The translations under genes were made by a program, and so were the position numbers. Under the pieces are notes generated by a model. That model searched no databases, was not told the origin of the DNA, and saw only the letters and a program-made list of their open reading frames with translations. Positions 11,890 to 25,513 of a stretch of 64,000 bases of DNA are shown one piece after another. The DNA comes from Heterodontus francisci (lineage: Eukaryota): contig NC_090399.1 in the NCBI RefSeq assembly GCF_036365525.1, positions 31,404,430 to 31,468,429 on the forward strand, given 5' to 3'. Position 1 is the stretch's first letter, and every line of letters begins with the position of its first letter.

Positions 11890-14431
11890 GAAGCAAAAAC
11901 AAGAAATGCTGGATTCACTCAGCAGGTCTGGCAGCATCTGTGGAAAGAGAAGCAGAGTTAACGTTTCGGGTCAGTGACCCTTCTTCGGAACTGACAAATA
12001 TTAGAAAAGTCACAGATTATAAACAAGTGAGGTGGGGGTTGGGCAAGAGATAACAAAGGAGAAGGTGCAGATTGGACCAGGCCACATAGCTGACCAAAAG
12101 GTCACAGAGCAAAGGCAAACAATATGTTAATGGTGTTTTGAAAGACAAAGCATTAGTACAGATTAGGTGTGAATATACTGAATATAGAACATCAGCAAGT
12201 GCAAACCTGAAGAAAAACAACCTGAAAAAAACAGTGGGTAAGCAAACTGAACAAACTAAGATGAAATGAAATAAATGCAAAAAATGTAAAAAGGAATGCA
12301 AAAAAAAAAGGAAGAAAAAATAACTAAAAATGACTAAAAATGAAAGTAAAGTGGGGGGCTGTCATGCTCTGAAATTATTGAACTCAATGTTCAGTCCGGC
12401 AGGCTGTAGTGTGCCTAATCGGTAGATGAGATGCTGTTCCTCGAGCTTGCGTTGATGTTCACTGGAACACTACAGCAATCCCAGGACAGAGATGTGAGCA
12501 TGAGAGCAGGGGGGAGTGTTGAAATGGCAAGCAACCGGAAGCTCAGGGTCCTGCTTGCGGACTGAGCGGAGATGTTCCGCAAAGCGGTCACCCAGTCTGC
12601 GCTTGGTCTCCCCAATGTAGAGGAGACCACACTGTGAGCAGCGAATACAGTATACTACATTGAAAGAAGTATAAGTAAATCGCTGCTTCACCTGAAAGGA
12701 GTGTTTGGGGCCTGGGATAGTGAGGAGAGAGGAGGTAAATGGGCAGGTATTACACCTCCTGCGATTGCAAGGGAAGGTGCCCTGGGACGGGGACGAGGTG
12801 GTGGGGGTAATGGAGGAGTGGACCAGGGTGTCGCGGAGGGAACGATCCCTTCGGAATGCTGACAGGGGAAGGGAGGGGAAGATGCGACTGGTAGTGGCAT
12901 CACGCTGGAGGTGGCGAAAATGGCGGAGGATGATCCTTTGGATATGGAGGCTGGTGGGATGAAAAGTGAGGACAAGGGGAACCCTGTCACGGTTCTGGGA
13001 GGGAGGGGAAGGGGTGAGGGTAGAGGTGCGGGGAATGGGTCGGACATGGTTGAGGGCCCTGTCAACCACAGTGGGGGGAAATCCTCGGTTGAGGAAAAAG
13101 GAGGTCATATCAGAAGCACCGTCATGGAAGGTAGCATCATCAGAGCAGATGCGTCGGAGAAACTGGGAGAATGGAATGGAGTCCTTACAGGAGGTAGGGT
13201 GTGAAGAAGTGTAGTCGAGGTAGCTGTGGGAGTCAGTGGGCTTATAATGGATATTGGTAGACAACCTATCCCCAGAGATGGAGACAGAGAAGTCGAGGAA
13301 GGGAAGGGAAGTGTCAGAGATGGACCATGTAAAGGTGAGAGAAGGGTGGAAATTGGAAGCAAAGTTGATAAAGTTTTCCAGTTCGGGGCGGGAGCAGGAA
13401 ACGGCACCGATACAGTCATCAATGTACCGGAAAAAGAGTTGGGGGAGGGGGCCTGAGTAGGACTGGAACAAAGAATGCTCGACATATCCCACAAAAAGAC
13501 AGGCATAACTAGGACCCATGCGGGTACCCATAGCGACACCTTTTACTTGAAGGAAGTGCGTGGAGTTGAAGGAGAAGTTGTTCAATGTGAGAACAAGTTC
13601 AGCCAGGCGGAGGAGGGTGGTGGTGGATGGGGACTGGTTGGGCCTCTGTTCCAGGAAGAAGCGGAGAGCCCTCAAACCATCCTGGTGGGGGATGGAGGTG
13701 TAGAGCGATTGGACGTCCATAGTGAAGAGGAGGCGGTTGGGACCAGGAAACTGGAAATTGTCAAAATGACGTAGGGCGTCAGAAGAGTCACGGATGTAGG
13801 TGGGAAGAGACTGCACCAGCGGAGAAAAGGTAGAGTCTAGATAGGAAGAAATAAGTTCAGTTGGGCAGGAGCAGGCTGACACAATGGGTCTCCCGGGACA
13901 GTCCCGTTTATGGATTTTGGGAAGGAGATAGAAGCGGGCTGTCCGGGGTTGCGGGACTATGAGGTTGGAAGCTGTAGAGGGAAGATCTCCAGAGGAGATG
14001 AGGTCAGTGACAGGATTCATTGAGGTGGGGGCGGAAGGGGATAAAACTGAGTCCTTTGCTGAGTACAGAACGCTCAGCATCAGAGAGGGGGAGGTCAGAG
14101 GGTATAGTGAATACACGGCAAGGGGTCAGATCAGAAGGGGTGGGGTCAGAGGGAAGTGAAGCGGAAGGAGGATCTGGAGGGGCATTAGTCCCCATCAGCT
14201 GTTGGAGCTTGCGTTCCTTAACACCTGAAAGGAAGAAAAAAAGTTTTTTGTTAATGCGTCGGATGAGACGTAAGATGAGATGAAACTGCGGAGTAGAACA
14301 GATTTGAGATAAGGTGAGACGGTGCTGCTGGAGAGAGAGGTCCAGTGTGTGCATATGGCGGCGCATAGCACTGAGTGTAGATCTCAGGATGCGGCGAGAG
14401 TAGCAGTCCGATTGAAGCTGTTGTGAAGGTC
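11890..14431 (-). mobile_element. Penelope-like element (RT + GIY-YIG) with 3' pLTR
   Basis: Motifs FYLLPKIHK, GRPIVS, TMDVQSLYTSIP, GVAMG, FRYIDD and VVYCIRCSQCGLLYIGETKRRLGDRFAEH. The pLTR spans about 11890-12360. Confidence 0.95.
12362..14431 (-). pseudogene. Penelope ORF, disabled
   Basis: Premature TAG at 12470-12472; the frame continues CSSEHQRKLEEQHLIYRLGTLQPAGLNIEFNNFRA* to 12362. There is a frame break or internal deletion near 14015, and the 5' end is truncated. Confidence 0.85.
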
Positions 14432-15049
14432 AATTAGACTCGCCTTGTATGGAGTTGCATTTTGGGGAGAATCATAGTGGTCAAAGTAAGGGAATTATAT
14501 AAAAAGTGAAAATTTGTAATGAGCATTTTGATTTGAAAGGTTTTCAGAAGCCTAAGGAACAAAGATCGGGAACTGTATTGCACTTAATCATCAGTTGTGA
14601 TTGTACCTATTTTCTGTTCAGTGGATATTTTGGTACTTTTGCAAGGGCTGTATGCTTAATAAGACTACACGTTTTATTCAACGGCTCAAGAACCTTTTTG
14701 ATTTTTAGGATATATATTGAAAGGTATAATTATAAATATCATCAACTGTCGTGGAATATCACTGTGGTTAAGAAGATAAGCATGGACGAGCTCATTTTGA
14801 GGTGCTATGTACCTGATTGCCAACCCAGCAGGAAGATCTTTCAACAAGTTTCTCTATATAATGTGTCTGAAAGAAAATGTAGAATGTCAGAAAGATCAGG
14901 GTCCAGAAATCGCCACTCAGCATTCCCAAGCGCGCCCACTGTTATGATTCTAACTCGTCCAGTTTACTATCCAACTGTAGCACCACAAAATATGAAGCAC
15001 GTCCATAATTACGAGATTATTGTATTGATATAAAAAGGGATAGGAAAAA

Positions 15050-16392
15050 TGGTGGAATCCATCATTAAGGAGGTTATTGCAGGTCATTTAGAAAACCTTA
15101 ATGCAATCAGGCAGAGTTAACATGGTTGTGCGAAAGGGAAATTGTGTTCGAATAATTTATTAGAGTTCTTTGAGGATGTACCAAGCAACGTGGATAAAAA
15201 GGGGAATCTGTGGATGTGGTGTACTTGGATCTCCAGAAGACATTTGACAAGGTGCCACATCAAAGATTGTAAAAGAAAATAAGAGCCTATTGCATAGGGG
15301 GTGACATATTAGAATGGATAGAGGATTGGTTAGCGAACAGGAAACAGCCAGTAGGCATAAATGGGTCGTTTTCAAGTTGGCAAGCTGCAACTAGTGGATG
15401 CCACAGGGATCAGTGCTGGAACCGTGACTATTTACAATCTATATCAATGGCTTGGATGAAGGGACAGAATGTATGGTTGCTAAATTTGCTGATGACACAA
15501 AGATAGGTCGGAGAGTAAGTTGTGAAGAGGACATAAGGTGGCTGCAAGGGATATACATAGGTTAAGTGAATGGGCAAATATTTGGCAGATGGAGCATAAT
15601 GTTGGAAAGTCCACTGTCCAGTTTGGCCAGAAAAATAGAAAAGCACCATATTCTTCAAATGGAAAGAGATTGCAGAACTCTGAGATGCAGAGGGATCTGG
15701 ATGTCCTCGTCCACGAAACACAAAAAGTTCATATGTAGGTACAGCAAGTAATTAGGAAGGAAAGTGCAATGTTGTCGTTTATTGCAAGGGGAATGTAATA
15801 TACAAGTAGAGATGATTTGCTATAGTTTGCCAGGGCATTGCTGAGACCACATCTAGAGTATTGTGTACAGTTTTGGTCTTCTTACATCAGAAATGATATA
15901 ATTGGAAGCAGTTCAGAGAAGGTTCCCTCGACTGATTCCTGGGATAAGAGGAAAGGCTGGACAGGTTGTGTCTTAATTCATTGGAGTTCAGATGAATGAG
16001 GGGTGATCTTATTTAAACATATACGATCCTGAGGGGACTTGACAGGTTGGATGTTGAAAGGATGTTCCCCCTGTGGGAGAGACTAAAACTCGGGGGAACA
16101 TTTTAAAAATAAGTGCTCTCCCATTTAAGACAGAGATTAGGAGAGTTGTTTTTCTCTCAGAGGGTCGTGAGTCTGTGGAACTCTCTTCCCTGGAGAACAG
16201 TGGAATGACCATTGAATGTTTTTAAGGCAGAGGCAGCCAGATTCTTGACAAAGAAGGGAGTCAAAGGGTATCGGGGGCAGGCAGGAAAGTGGAGTTGAAT
16301 CCAAAGCACATCAGCCATGATCTTATAGAATGGCGGAGTAGGTTCGAGGGGCTGAATAACCTGTTCCTACTCCTACTTCGCATGTTCGTATG
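15050..16392 (+). mobile_element. CR1-type LINE (family A) RT and 3' UTR, degraded
   Basis: Decayed QHG..KGK.C..NLLEFFE, FDKVPH, PQGSVL and KFADDTK motifs, followed by the family A tail. Confidence 0.85.
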
Positions 16393-16748
16393 TAGGGTTT
16401 AGCAGTAAGTGTGTAAGCAGATGATTATGTATACCCATATATACTTCGATTTTATTTTAGTGGGGATCGATAAATAGTAAAACTTATGCCAATTTGGGAC
16501 GCTGAGGGGAGATGATTGGAGCACAGCAATATAAAATATTGGCGAGGCATTGTGTGATGCAAAACTGATATGTGACTAATTCACCGCGACAAGTAGGTTA
16601 AACTAGTTTCCATTTAAATGAATGCAAAAAGAAGTGCATAATCAGAAAACTTGACCCAAATTTGTGACAGAAATGTGAAAACAGAAATTCAGATGTTTCA
16701 AAAGGAAAAGGCACGCGGAGGTATGAAGATAATATATGGAGGATGAAG

Positions 16749-16864
16749 TCATATGACCACGTATATAAAACAACTGTCAACCTAAACCTATAGTCCTGCA
16801 ATGCTACTGCCCTATCAAGGGTGGCACTGTAGCTCCTCACTTCTGGACCTCCCAGTTCCTCAGA
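16749..16864 (-). pseudogene. Putative cytoplasmic exon of the minus-strand NKp30-like pseudogene (ITIM-like relics)
   Basis: Acceptor ttttttcctgcaatacAG is in phase with the TM exon. It reads V*GTGRSRSEELQ/ATLDRAVALQDYRFRLTVVLYT/VI*, which requires two assumed small deletions. Confidence 0.45.
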
Positions 16865-17432
16865 CTGTATTGCAGGAAAAAATATTTTTCAAAATCTTAT
16901 ATCTGTCTATTTATCTCGCCTTTCTAACTCCAATGCATCTGAAGAGTAAGCTTGTTCTTAACTAGCCGTTTGTTGATATTTATTATTAAGCAAGATAATG
17001 GACAATTTCTTCTGATTGTAGTGAAATTACAAAGATAGGCACGTTTCTCTTATCAGAATAAATAGGGAACAGTCAAACCCACAATGATAGGGTGAAATGC
17101 AATTTTTTTCTTCTCTTACTAGAAATACCTTTGGAATCGTGGACACTTCCGGTCTTTGTATAAAAATGTCTTCAGTGATTTCACGTTCCTATCTAAATAA
17201 ATGGGGAAATTGGGAGGATTAAACGTTATCGTCAATTTCAAAATGAAAACATACACCAACACAAGGGAACGGATTTGTATAATTTCACAATTTGTGATTG
17301 TTGAACTTCCATGTTGGGAGAGTGGGGGGTTCAAAAATGTTCGCATAAAGTTGGAGTACTATTTTATAAAAATACAGTTGATACGATTACCACAGTGAAA
17401 GGTTTGGGATTGTATATAGAAACGATAAATAC

Positions 17433-17570
17433 CTTTGGCTTTGTTTCTGCAGGAAATGACAGTCGTTATTGCTGAGAACAGCGCCAGCACAAATGAAGTT
17501 CCTATTATAAACAGGGCTGTCTGTACACCCATGGAACTGCCCGGCTGTTGCCCTGAATTTCTCGTCCTCA
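17433..17570 (-). pseudogene. Stalk + transmembrane exon of the NKp30-like pseudogene (no charged TM residue)
   Basis: cttatcgcAG / 138 nt, phase 1-1 / GTattt. It reads RTRNSGQQPGSSMGVQTALFIIGTSFVLALFSAITTVISCRNKAK and aligns with the + strand TM exon (LFIIGT vs LYIVRG). Confidence 0.8.
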
Positions 17571-17981
17571 CTGCGATAAGAAGACAGATGTTATTTTCTC
17601 CTTCTTTCTTCACGCTCGCCTCCCCCCGCCCCCCTCCCCAACCACAACTACGTGGACCAAGTAACACTTCAACCCTGCAAGAGTTAAATATAAAAATGCT
17701 GCTTATGGGAGATAATTTGAACCTAACCCCTCTCTCTGGGAACTGTCATGATCCGCTGAACGTATTATAATTCGCCCCATTTTACTCTCTATTAAATTCA
17801 ATGGAGTATAATATTGACGCGGTGCAAACCGGAGTTCCACCTTATCCTGTTCATTTCCAGCCCCGCAAGTAATTTCAAATTACATCCGATATTCGCAAAT
17901 TTATTTTTACTTCAACGCTGAAGTGCTTCATTTAATCTTTTTAAACAAAAACATAAAACCAACAGCAGGTAAAATGCTCAT

Positions 17982-18309
17982 CTGTCACAACAAGTGTTGT
18001 TCCTTGCTTATAACATTCACCAGAGGCTATAAATCCCACTTTGCAATAATACGTCGCGAATCGCGCACTGTCACGTTTGTTAATTGAATCGAAGCGCCAG
18101 TCTTTCCGTCGAATTGCTCCCTATTTGGCCCAATTACCTGGCCTTTGTATTCTGGTGTACTGTTGGAAAGTTCAGTTCCACCTCTACTGTTCTTGTATCA
18201 CCTAGTGCCCTAAGTCCTTTGTACACACAGTAGAGAACGGCTATCTTTCCCTCAGTTATATGAATGAATGCTGGGCTTTGAACAATTGTAACGCTCTCAA
18301 CATTCACTG
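17982..18309 (-). pseudogene. NKp30/NCR3-like VJ-type Ig V exon, inactivated
   Basis: Strong acceptor ttttttgctcttttacAG. It reads VNVESVTIVQSPAFIHITEGKIAVLYCVYKGLRALG/*YKNSRGGTELSNSTPEYKGQVIGPNREQFDGKTGASIQLTNVTVRDS/ATYYCKVGFIASGECYKQGTTLVVT. The conserved Trp is TGA, there are two frameshifts, and the donor reads ATgagc. Confidence 0.9.
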
Positions 18310-18497
18310 CTGTAAAAGAGCAAAAAACGTTTCACACTGAATACAGAAACTTACACTGTATTTAGACATGTTTGAGATTCCGCTCCTAAATTAAGCAGTG
18401 GACTGCTGACGGAGCAATGCTAATGTGCGCTGTCTCAAGACCGGTCTTCGCTATTACTGACATTAATCGACTAAAATAAAGTGATTAACTCTATCAC

Positions 18498-18541
18498 TAT
18501 ACTAGCGCACCAGGAAATATCATACACAACTTCAGTTTTAT
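18498..18541 (-). pseudogene. Possible decayed leader exon
   Basis: IKLKLCMIFPGALV lies about 190 bp upstream of the V acceptor. It needs ATA to be a former ATG, and the donor phase is unclear. Confidence 0.25.
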
Positions 18542-19084
18542 TTTCAAATATAAGAATAAAATTTGTGTTTTTTTGCTGAGGGAGAAAAATAACAAACACT
18601 TTTCGGGAGGACAATCATGAAAATGAGCTGATTTATATTTATAAATGTTAAATTTTGTAATCATCAAATTGCAGTAAACTTTAAGTAGTGCCTTTAAAAG
18701 ATAAATAATATGCGATTTATTCCTTCCATAGTAATGTTGAGCACACGACGTTGCTATGGCATTCCAGTTATATATTTGCAAGTATAGCCATAAATGTGCA
18801 GTTTAAAGGCGCAAAGAGGAAGTACAGGCGATATAAAAATATCTTCAAGCTGATACAAAATGCATCACGGTTCTACACAACGTTCTCATGAGCACAATGC
18901 CAAGTGCCTGCCATTAACAGAAACGAAGCAATGTGCAGGACTCCAAGATATAAATGCAGTCTAACTGCTCAATCCCACCGCGAAGGAAGTTCTTTAAATG
19001 CATTACAACTATCGCTCATCCATTTAATTGTTATTTTGCATTTGCAAAGCGATTCTAGAGTTTACTTCTAGCTTTATCTATGCT

Positions 19085-19243
19085 GGGGATAATTTTAACT
19101 TTTCGCCAAGTGTAAAACCGGCGATATCGGATGGGTCGCCCGTTTTCCACCTCCCCCTTTTTCCTGGTTGAAATTAATGAAAGAAAAATTGGGCGGTATG
19201 TATAACGGGTGACCCATCCGATATCGCCAGTTACATTATCATC
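19085..19243. repeat. Palindromic MITE-like hairpin element
   Basis: Arms 19116-19144 and 19204-19232 are reverse complements at 27/29, around a central ttgaaattaatgaa. Confidence 0.7.
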
Positions 19244-19254
19244 AACAGTTACTT

Positions 19255-19985
19255 CGTTCTCACGAAGTTCAATGTGTTAACAGCGCAAGTAGAGATGAAT
19301 AGGTATGATTTAGTGGCAATTATTGAGACGTGGTTGGAGGGAAACCAGGTTTGGGAATTGAATAACGAAGGGTACTCAGTATTTCGGATTGATAGGCAGG
19401 AAGGAAAATGAAGTGGTGTAGCTTTGTTAGTAAAGAAAGAGATCAATGCCGTAGTGAGAAATGATATAGGCACTGGAGATCAAGATGTAGAATCAGTCTG
19501 GGTAGAAATAAGAAATAACAAGGGAAAGAAGACTCTGGTGGGAGTAATCGATAGGTTCCTAAACAGTAGTTCCGCATTGGGGCACAATATAAACCAGGAA
19601 ATACTGGGGACTTGTAAGAAAGGTACGGCAATAATCATGGGCGATTTTAATATGCATATAGGCTGGATTATTTATCTTTGCAAGGGTAGCCTCGAGGGAG
19701 AGCTCATTGAATGTATTAGAGATTGCTTTTTGGAGCAATATGTTATGGAATCAACTAGGAAGCAGGCTATTCTAGATTTGGCATTGTGTAATGAGGTGGG
19801 GTTAATTAATGATCTCATAGTTAAGGATCCTCTGGGGAAGAGTGATCATAGCATGCTAGAATTTCAAATTCAGTTTGAGGGCGAGAAACTGGAGTCCCAC
19901 ACTAGCGTTCTGGAGTTAAACAAAGGTATATAGACATAGACATGAGGTCAGATTTGGCCCTAGTGGACTGGGCAGGAATACTATC
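19255..19985 (+). mobile_element. CR1 endonuclease fragment
   Basis: DLVAIIETWL, ESVWVEIRNNKG, IIMGDFNMH, ILDLALCN and LGKSDH motifs. Confidence 0.9.
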
Positions 19986-19994
19986 AATATCAGG

Positions 19995-21500
19995 CAGTGT
20001 AGGCACTCAGGTCAAAGCCTCTCTATACATGAACAATATTGGATCTGCTGCTTAGATCTGCTGTCAGTTCGCAGACCGTTGAGTAGTTTGAACTAACCTT
20101 GGGAGCCAAGATAAACTGCAGCAAGAGTGAGGCCATGTTCTTTGGGAACTGGGCCGACCAATCCTTTGTCCCCTTTATCGTCAGGTCAAACTGTCTGAAG
20201 GTTCTACGGATATGGTTTAGAGGGACTGGGCTGTGTGCCAAAAACTGGAAGGAGTGATCAGCTATGGTAAACGGAAATTGGGCATGTGGGAGTGGTGCTC
20301 CCTTTCCGTTCCGGCTAACAATCTGATCATTAGACGTTGCTGTACGTGATGTAGGTCTGGCTCTTACCCTACTCTAGTGCTGTGCCAGTCACCTAAGCCA
20401 AATTCCACTTTATTTGAAGATCAACATTTCGTTGTGTCCACAGGTAAACGATCTTCAAACCTCTAGATGAAGGAGGAACAAATGTACTAACGTCACCCTA
20501 CTGCTGATGGTCACCATTGTGTGCAGTTGGATCAAGCTGTGCGTACGTCCCCAGTATGCAAAACACAAATGTGATGAGACTCTAACTGCTTCCGGTGTTG
20601 TGAAGGATGGCCACGTTGCCCTGGAATGCTGCATTCAGTTGGACTGTCCCATACCATCGTTCCTCATGGAAAATTTTGTGTAGAAACCACCTTTGACCAC
20701 GAATCCACAAGGCAGTGATCTGCACATAGCGTCCTCAAGGCCGTGTGGGAAATGGAGATGGAAGATTCTGTCAGATAGTTTCCTGAGCAGACTGTCAAAC
20801 TCATTTGGCAGAATGCCTCATTGCCAGAACATTCAAATAAGCACCAAGATATTGTTTGGTTGGCAGTGAGAAAGGCTCTCCCTGTCAGATCCTTCCTGCA
20901 TGCCCAGAGTCTCACCACCTCGGCACACTGCCCTTGAGATGGCTGTGGTGGGGAAAAGATCATCATCCACCTCCTTCTGGAATGTGCCTTCACAAAGCAG
21001 GCCTGGAAAGGGAGGCATTATTTTTTGTTGAGGTTCATCCGTGGCAACTGTGTAATGCCAGGGGCACACACCGAAATAACATCAACTGCTGCTGGTGGAC
21101 CATCAACTCAATGAGAGACGCCCATTGGTCTGCCTGAAACTTGCTGATCTTCCAATGCAAAGAGCTGACCACCAGTACATTCCAAGGTCCAGGGCTAAGT
21201 GTTGAGGGATGCACTAAAGCTTGGGGCAGCCACCGCAAAGTCTCACTGGGGAAAGGTCACTCTGTAAGGTTTTCCCACAATCGTATACCAAGGGGCTGGA
21301 AACCATATAAATCCCCTGGGACTGTATGAACCAGAGAATGGTTTAGGTACGTAATTCAAATGTGCATTACAAACATACCTGTAATGGCAAGGGTAACGAG
21401 GTATCAAAAAAAAACTGATATTTATTAACTTTATGAAATGTCAAATTTGAATTGTTTTGTGATGTATTTTTACCAAATGTTATGAATAATGTATATTTTT
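19995..21500 (+). mobile_element. Tx1/L1-like ORF2 C-terminal remnant and 3' UTR
   Basis: GAKINCSKSEAMFFGNW, plus the WLAVRKALPVRSFLHA..C...GCG...HLLLEC zinc-binding region. Colinear with 37655-39150. Confidence 0.8.
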
Positions 21501-24500
21501 TGGGGGGGGGAGGGGAATAAAACTACGCAACAGACCAAATATTCACGCCATGATCACGATGGTTCTGAAACTATACCACGGGGAATATTTCCCATTTATA
21601 TTTTAATAAATGTACAAAGTAAGTGTTTGCACAATATGGTTTTTTCCCCTGAAAATAGTGATTGTTGGTACGTTGCATTTTTCACATGATGTCACTAAGC
21701 CATTATAGAGTACTTTTCCAACTTGCCATCGAGGCGTAAAACTGACATTGCGCATTAATTGCCTGTTAGAGACACAATTTACGTTTCAGTTGAAGTGTTA
21801 TTTTTGATCCAATGCTGCACTGAAAAATTAACTTGCCCATTTTCACCTCGGATGCTGATTAGTCAACTCAATGTTTCGAGTGTTTCTGTTTTGCTTTCAG
21901 CTTTCTGGCACTTGCCAAGTGTTTGTATTTTTCCCTGTGTTACATACAGCCAATTTTGGAAACAAATTGAAGTTACAACCACATGCTCGCAATCTTAGTT
22001 TTTTTCTGGCAGTAAAACCGCATTAAACGTCAAACTAAGCGAAGTAGTTAAAAGCTACGTGCAACATTTCAAGATTTCAATAGCACTGACCCAGCTACCG
22101 ATCTTCAGGAAATCTGATATCTGACACATACTGCAAAAATAAATTTGAAAGCTTAAAAAGACAAAAAATAGATGTTCTTTGCTAATGAAGATTATCTGCG
22201 ATAATTATATTCTGACTTGTATTTAATTGGATTATTGAACGATGTAACCGAAGTAATTTACAAGGTGAATAATTAATAGTTAATTCAATATTTGATAACC
22301 GACAGCGAGAAGATTAGAGTTTTCTACTGGTTAAAAGCAATGATGGAATATTTTTGGAGACTTGCAGTGGCGGGAGATATACATCTATATGTATATATAG
22401 CTTTAATTTTTGTCTACTTGTAATTTATCTATCTGGAGAAATGTTTCCTATTGTACTCATTTTTCAATGCGCATTTATATTTATCATCACGATTTTAAGA
22501 AAGTAATTTAAATGGACTGATCATTAACGATGAATGAGCTTCTGGGTGAGTTACTAGAAGCCCATCTCCTGGAAGCATTAATAATTGAATATTTTGGTTC
22601 AAAACAAAGCCGCAGAGTCTTTTTGAATTAGTGAGACTGCATGGACTTTCCTCGCTGGTATCTCTCTTGGGTTGGAGCGAATCGTTTTCACATTCTGCTC
22701 ACAAGAGGTGTAATTCATAATTATACGTCACACACTAACTTCCGTTATCAAGTAACATTGACAACATATAGTTTCATTCCTAACTTAATCTAATATGAAC
22801 CTTGGTTCTGCTTTAGATGCGTAAGGTGAAAAGTGCCCCTTTGCCATTTGGGACAGTTAACCCTGTGGCCGTTTAATAGTTTGGATGAAGAAGCCCATTC
22901 GTCTAAATAATGCCACTCTCTCAGCACCAGACAATCAACAGTGGTTAAATTTCTTGTTCAGGAATGCCTTTGAACTTCAAACTGTTACTTCAAACATTGC
23001 ACCTATGTATATGCATGCGAGCGCCGAGCAATGGAATATGCAAAGGCTTCACAGAATATACCTACGCATGTAAATTTCTGGTATGAACGTTAGTGGGATA
23101 TATGTGACTCTGCAAGTTTACCCGCAGCACAAAAAAGGACAGGTCTATACCAGGAGTCAACCCGAACCTGCTCCGTTCTGGGACGCGTTAGTTTATAACC
23201 TGAGCGTTTTATACCTGCACAAGAACAACAGAGGCTGCTTTTAAAATGAATGTGTTAACTAGGTAACATTGTCAGGACACCGTGGAGTAAGTTTCAACTT
23301 TCGGTGGGGGCGGAAAGCTGTCGGTATCTGTTCCTTTTGCATCGCGGCCGATTTCTTTTCTTTTATCCCTTACCCACTAACCGCCAGCAATACGCACCCA
23401 CCACCACCACCCACCACCACCAACACCCCCCCCCCTCCCCCGCCCCCCACCACCCCCCCCCCCCCCCACCCGCCCAAGCACCCCGCAACGTCCAAACTCC
23501 CACCCTCGCATAGTTCCTCCTCTACTTTTTGTTATGATCCAGATCAAATTGTCTGAATGACAACATGTAACGGAATATGCAGCGCAAAATTTAATCGTTG
23601 CAGCACAAAACACTTAACTGAAGAAAAATGTATTATATTACCATGAGCAGATGTCATGATAAACGCAGTCTAAAGGCTTTGAGGAATTACCACACTCACC
23701 CAAGAGTCCATTACAATGACTGGTGCACTAACAGAGCTCGTGGGAGGAATTTTCAAATTGATACCCGGATTAAAAACTGTTGCGGATTCTGCGTCCGTAC
23801 CAATCACCCGCTATTCATTGCTAATGAAAATCGGTCTTTTCTAACCTGGGGATGGGAAGGAGGCGAAGTAGAAATTTGCCTCAGGCGGTGGTTGCAGTGG
23901 AACAGAATATCAAGCACTGCTTATAAAAGGCGGCCCTTTTTTTGCACCAGCAGCTGAGACGCATTCTTATCCCGAGAGAGCGGCAGATCCGCTCTGCAGA
24001 AGTATTTTTGACTGTTGGCCATAGTTAAAAATGGACGGTATGGAAATAGCCACAGATTATAAACAACGTATGACTTCCATCACATTGAGATCACCGAGTG
24101 TGGAAAGCAGGCGGAATGTATAATAGAAGGCCACTATGTCCATTTTACACCCTCACCAAAGTTAAAATTGATCCCCCTCCACAAGTGTTGATGGTGAAAA
24201 TTACTCGCTGTGTGGTTAAATGCAAAGTAGCTGGACAAGTATTGCTGTTCTGCTTTATTTTTAGCAACCTTGACTTCAAATGTTAGCTGCTTGAATTAAC
24301 CAGCGACTACATAAATACAGTTTTAGCCTGATGATATTTCAAAATAACAGCAACATACTTTTGTGTCTGCTCTGCCTTGACACATTCGTTTATCTGTGCT
24401 TTCACTATAAGTGGATCCTCTGATATTCGTATATTGAAGAGGCAGAGATATGTGCAGCATATTCGGAATGGCTTTCACCTTCATAGCTTGAATGAAATGT

Positions 24501-24562
24501 CTCCTTTTCTGGTTTTGCCTGTTTACTTCACCTCGTTCTCTAATTTAATTACTACAGGAAGA

Positions 24563-24605
24563 ATGAACCCAATCTGCATCCTGTGCATATTAATTCTACT
24601 CTCCA
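24563..24605 (+). CDS. Signal-peptide exon of the plus-strand NKp30-like gene
   Basis: MNPICILCILILLS + 1 nt, then GTAAGT (phase 1). An upstream acceptor actacAG near 24557 suggests a 5' UTR exon. Confidence 0.75.
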
Positions 24606-25513
24606 GTAAGTACATGCTTCATTTTTTTCCCATTTGTTATAATCACCCGAATGTTTCCACATAGTATTTCGAAATACCTATTAAAATGCCAGTATTTTTA
24701 TTAGAACTTAGGACTTTCTGTAGACGGACATCCTGTACTCTGATCTTCCGTCTCTCACAGGTGCAGTGGGGGTGAAATTTTACATTACGTAGGATTTAAA
24801 ACAAGGGTAAGCATGAGTCTCCCGTTTCCGCCCCTCCTGAAATTCAGTTCTATTGTTTTCTATAGAACTCAGCACCGGCTGTGTGTTATAATGGGCGGTA
24901 AAAGCGATTTCATCTGGAGTGCAACCTCAATCATGTCCAATTTAATCTCCAATATATTCAATCTGTAGTCAATGCCAATCAGAGTTGTTCTTTTTTTTTA
25001 TTCCGATGTCCTAAATACGTCTAAACACTGGAAAGCAAATCATGTTGCTTGTAGATTTACCCCTGGTTTTTTAATCGACCGCTCGTTATAGAAACCCGCC
25101 CGATTTTCATCTGCATTGAAATCAATGGAATTAAATTGGTCTTGAACGGTAGCATAAAGTGGGAGATAGAAAAAAGGTAGCCAGTTTTACGTCCTGCCCG
25201 ATTTCCTTTTGCAATAACTTCAATGGGAAAAAACAGGCGCCCAAAACCAATTGTACTCCAAATAGGATGAAAATCAGGCACGTTCTAAAAAAAAAAGCGA
25301 TGGATTGACTCCACCAGGCATTGAACATGAACATTATCCTCTAGTAATCCATAAAACTGGGCATGTGAATACATTCATGCCGTTTGATTGTAAACTTTAC
25401 TGTTTGAATTTTAACGATAGAAAAACAACAGCACAGATTAATCCTCCAATAAAAGAGTGGCTAGCGAACCAGGATATTATGTGCATTGTGATAGAATTTC
25501 AGCTTTCCACTAG

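Noticed and set aside
12688-14283. Many overlapping ORFs on both strands
   Set aside because: Shadow frames of the GC-rich Penelope ORF.
14506-15033. 175-aa ORF
   Set aside because: GTG start, no recognisable motif, no convincing splice structure.
23269-23613. Pro-rich and Gly-rich ORFs; other C/G runs near 11631, 37173, 53583 and 63556
   Set aside because: Low-complexity C/G tracts. They may form G-quadruplexes, but there is no evidence of function.
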